From Kudoa neothunni (taxonomy: Eukaryota; Animalia; Cnidaria): DNA of 64,000 nt. The notes below the pieces were generated by a model that was not told where the DNA came from, did not search any database, and worked only from the letters and a program-made list of their open reading frames with translations. The stretch is taken from contig OZ199840.1 of assembly GCA_964304625.1 (NCBI GenBank), positions 2,272,532 through 2,336,531 of the forward strand, read 5' to 3'. Shown here piece by piece: positions 63,396 through 64,000 of this stretch. Each line of letters starts with the position of its first letter. Position 1 is the stretch's first letter. The translations under genes and the position numbers were made by a program.

Positions 63396-64000
63396 TTAAT
63401 AGTTAATTTCTACATTTATTATCAAAAAAACGCTTATTATAGATATATATATATATATATTTTATTTAATGTAATTTAATAAGTGTAAAAATACTGGAGA
63501 TAATCTATTTTATTTTATAAATTTTTGTACTTGTTTTTTATTTTTTAAAAGAAAACTTTTTGTCCACTAAAATTGTTTCAATTTATTTTTTAAAGTTAGG
63601 TTATTTTTAATTTTTAGGTTTTATATTGTTCAGTGTGTTGAACAAATTAATATTTATTTATCTCCCATATAAGAAATTAATTTGTCCGTAATAATATCAA
63701 TAATACAAAAATACACAAAATCTATATTATGAATAACATGCCTGTTAATTATTATATAGGGTTTCTCAATTGAACTCGGCGCCATTTTGGTTCCAACAAT
63801 AGTTCATATTTGAACATTAATGATATTTTTAGTAAACGTTTATTAGTTATTCCCGTAAAAAAAAATAAATAAATATCAATGGAAAACACATAATATATTA
63901 CATGTTAAAAACAAGTTTAATTCGATTTCCCCAATAAATTTTTGTGTAACCTTTAATAGGTATCATATAATAATTCCTCTTTAAAATTTATTTTTAAGAA

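Overview
AT-rich eukaryotic DNA with very short GT-AG introns (mostly about 37-48 nt), so the ORF track fragments the real genes. The animal-type ADAM gene and the Mag/Gypsy, Helitron, Merlin and pogo transposons point to a compact animal genome. A parasite such as a myxozoan is plausible, but that is inference only. Manual splicing gives five host loci, none housekeeping; all are predicted surface proteins or a relic of one. (1) 2433-9315 (-): a roughly 1,900-2,000 aa type I membrane protein built from three tandem copies of a five-exon cassette of four-Cys FN3-like modules. (2) 12079-14338 (+): a divergent one-cassette paralog. (3) About 10290-11468 (+): a pseudogene paralog. (4) 23844-28604 (-): an unusual ADAM with no prodomain, an intact [11 protein letters not shown] zinc motif, KGD in the disintegrin loop, two follistatin-N-like modules, about 92 copies of ETTHAPK as a mucin stalk, and a GPI-type C-terminus. 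(5) 49998-53917 (-): a roughly 1,290 aa helical type I membrane protein broken by clustered single-base indels. The rest is a nested graveyard of transposons. The best candidate for an undescribed system is this surface-protein island, in particular the modular Cys-FN3 family and the mucin-stalked KGD-ADAM.
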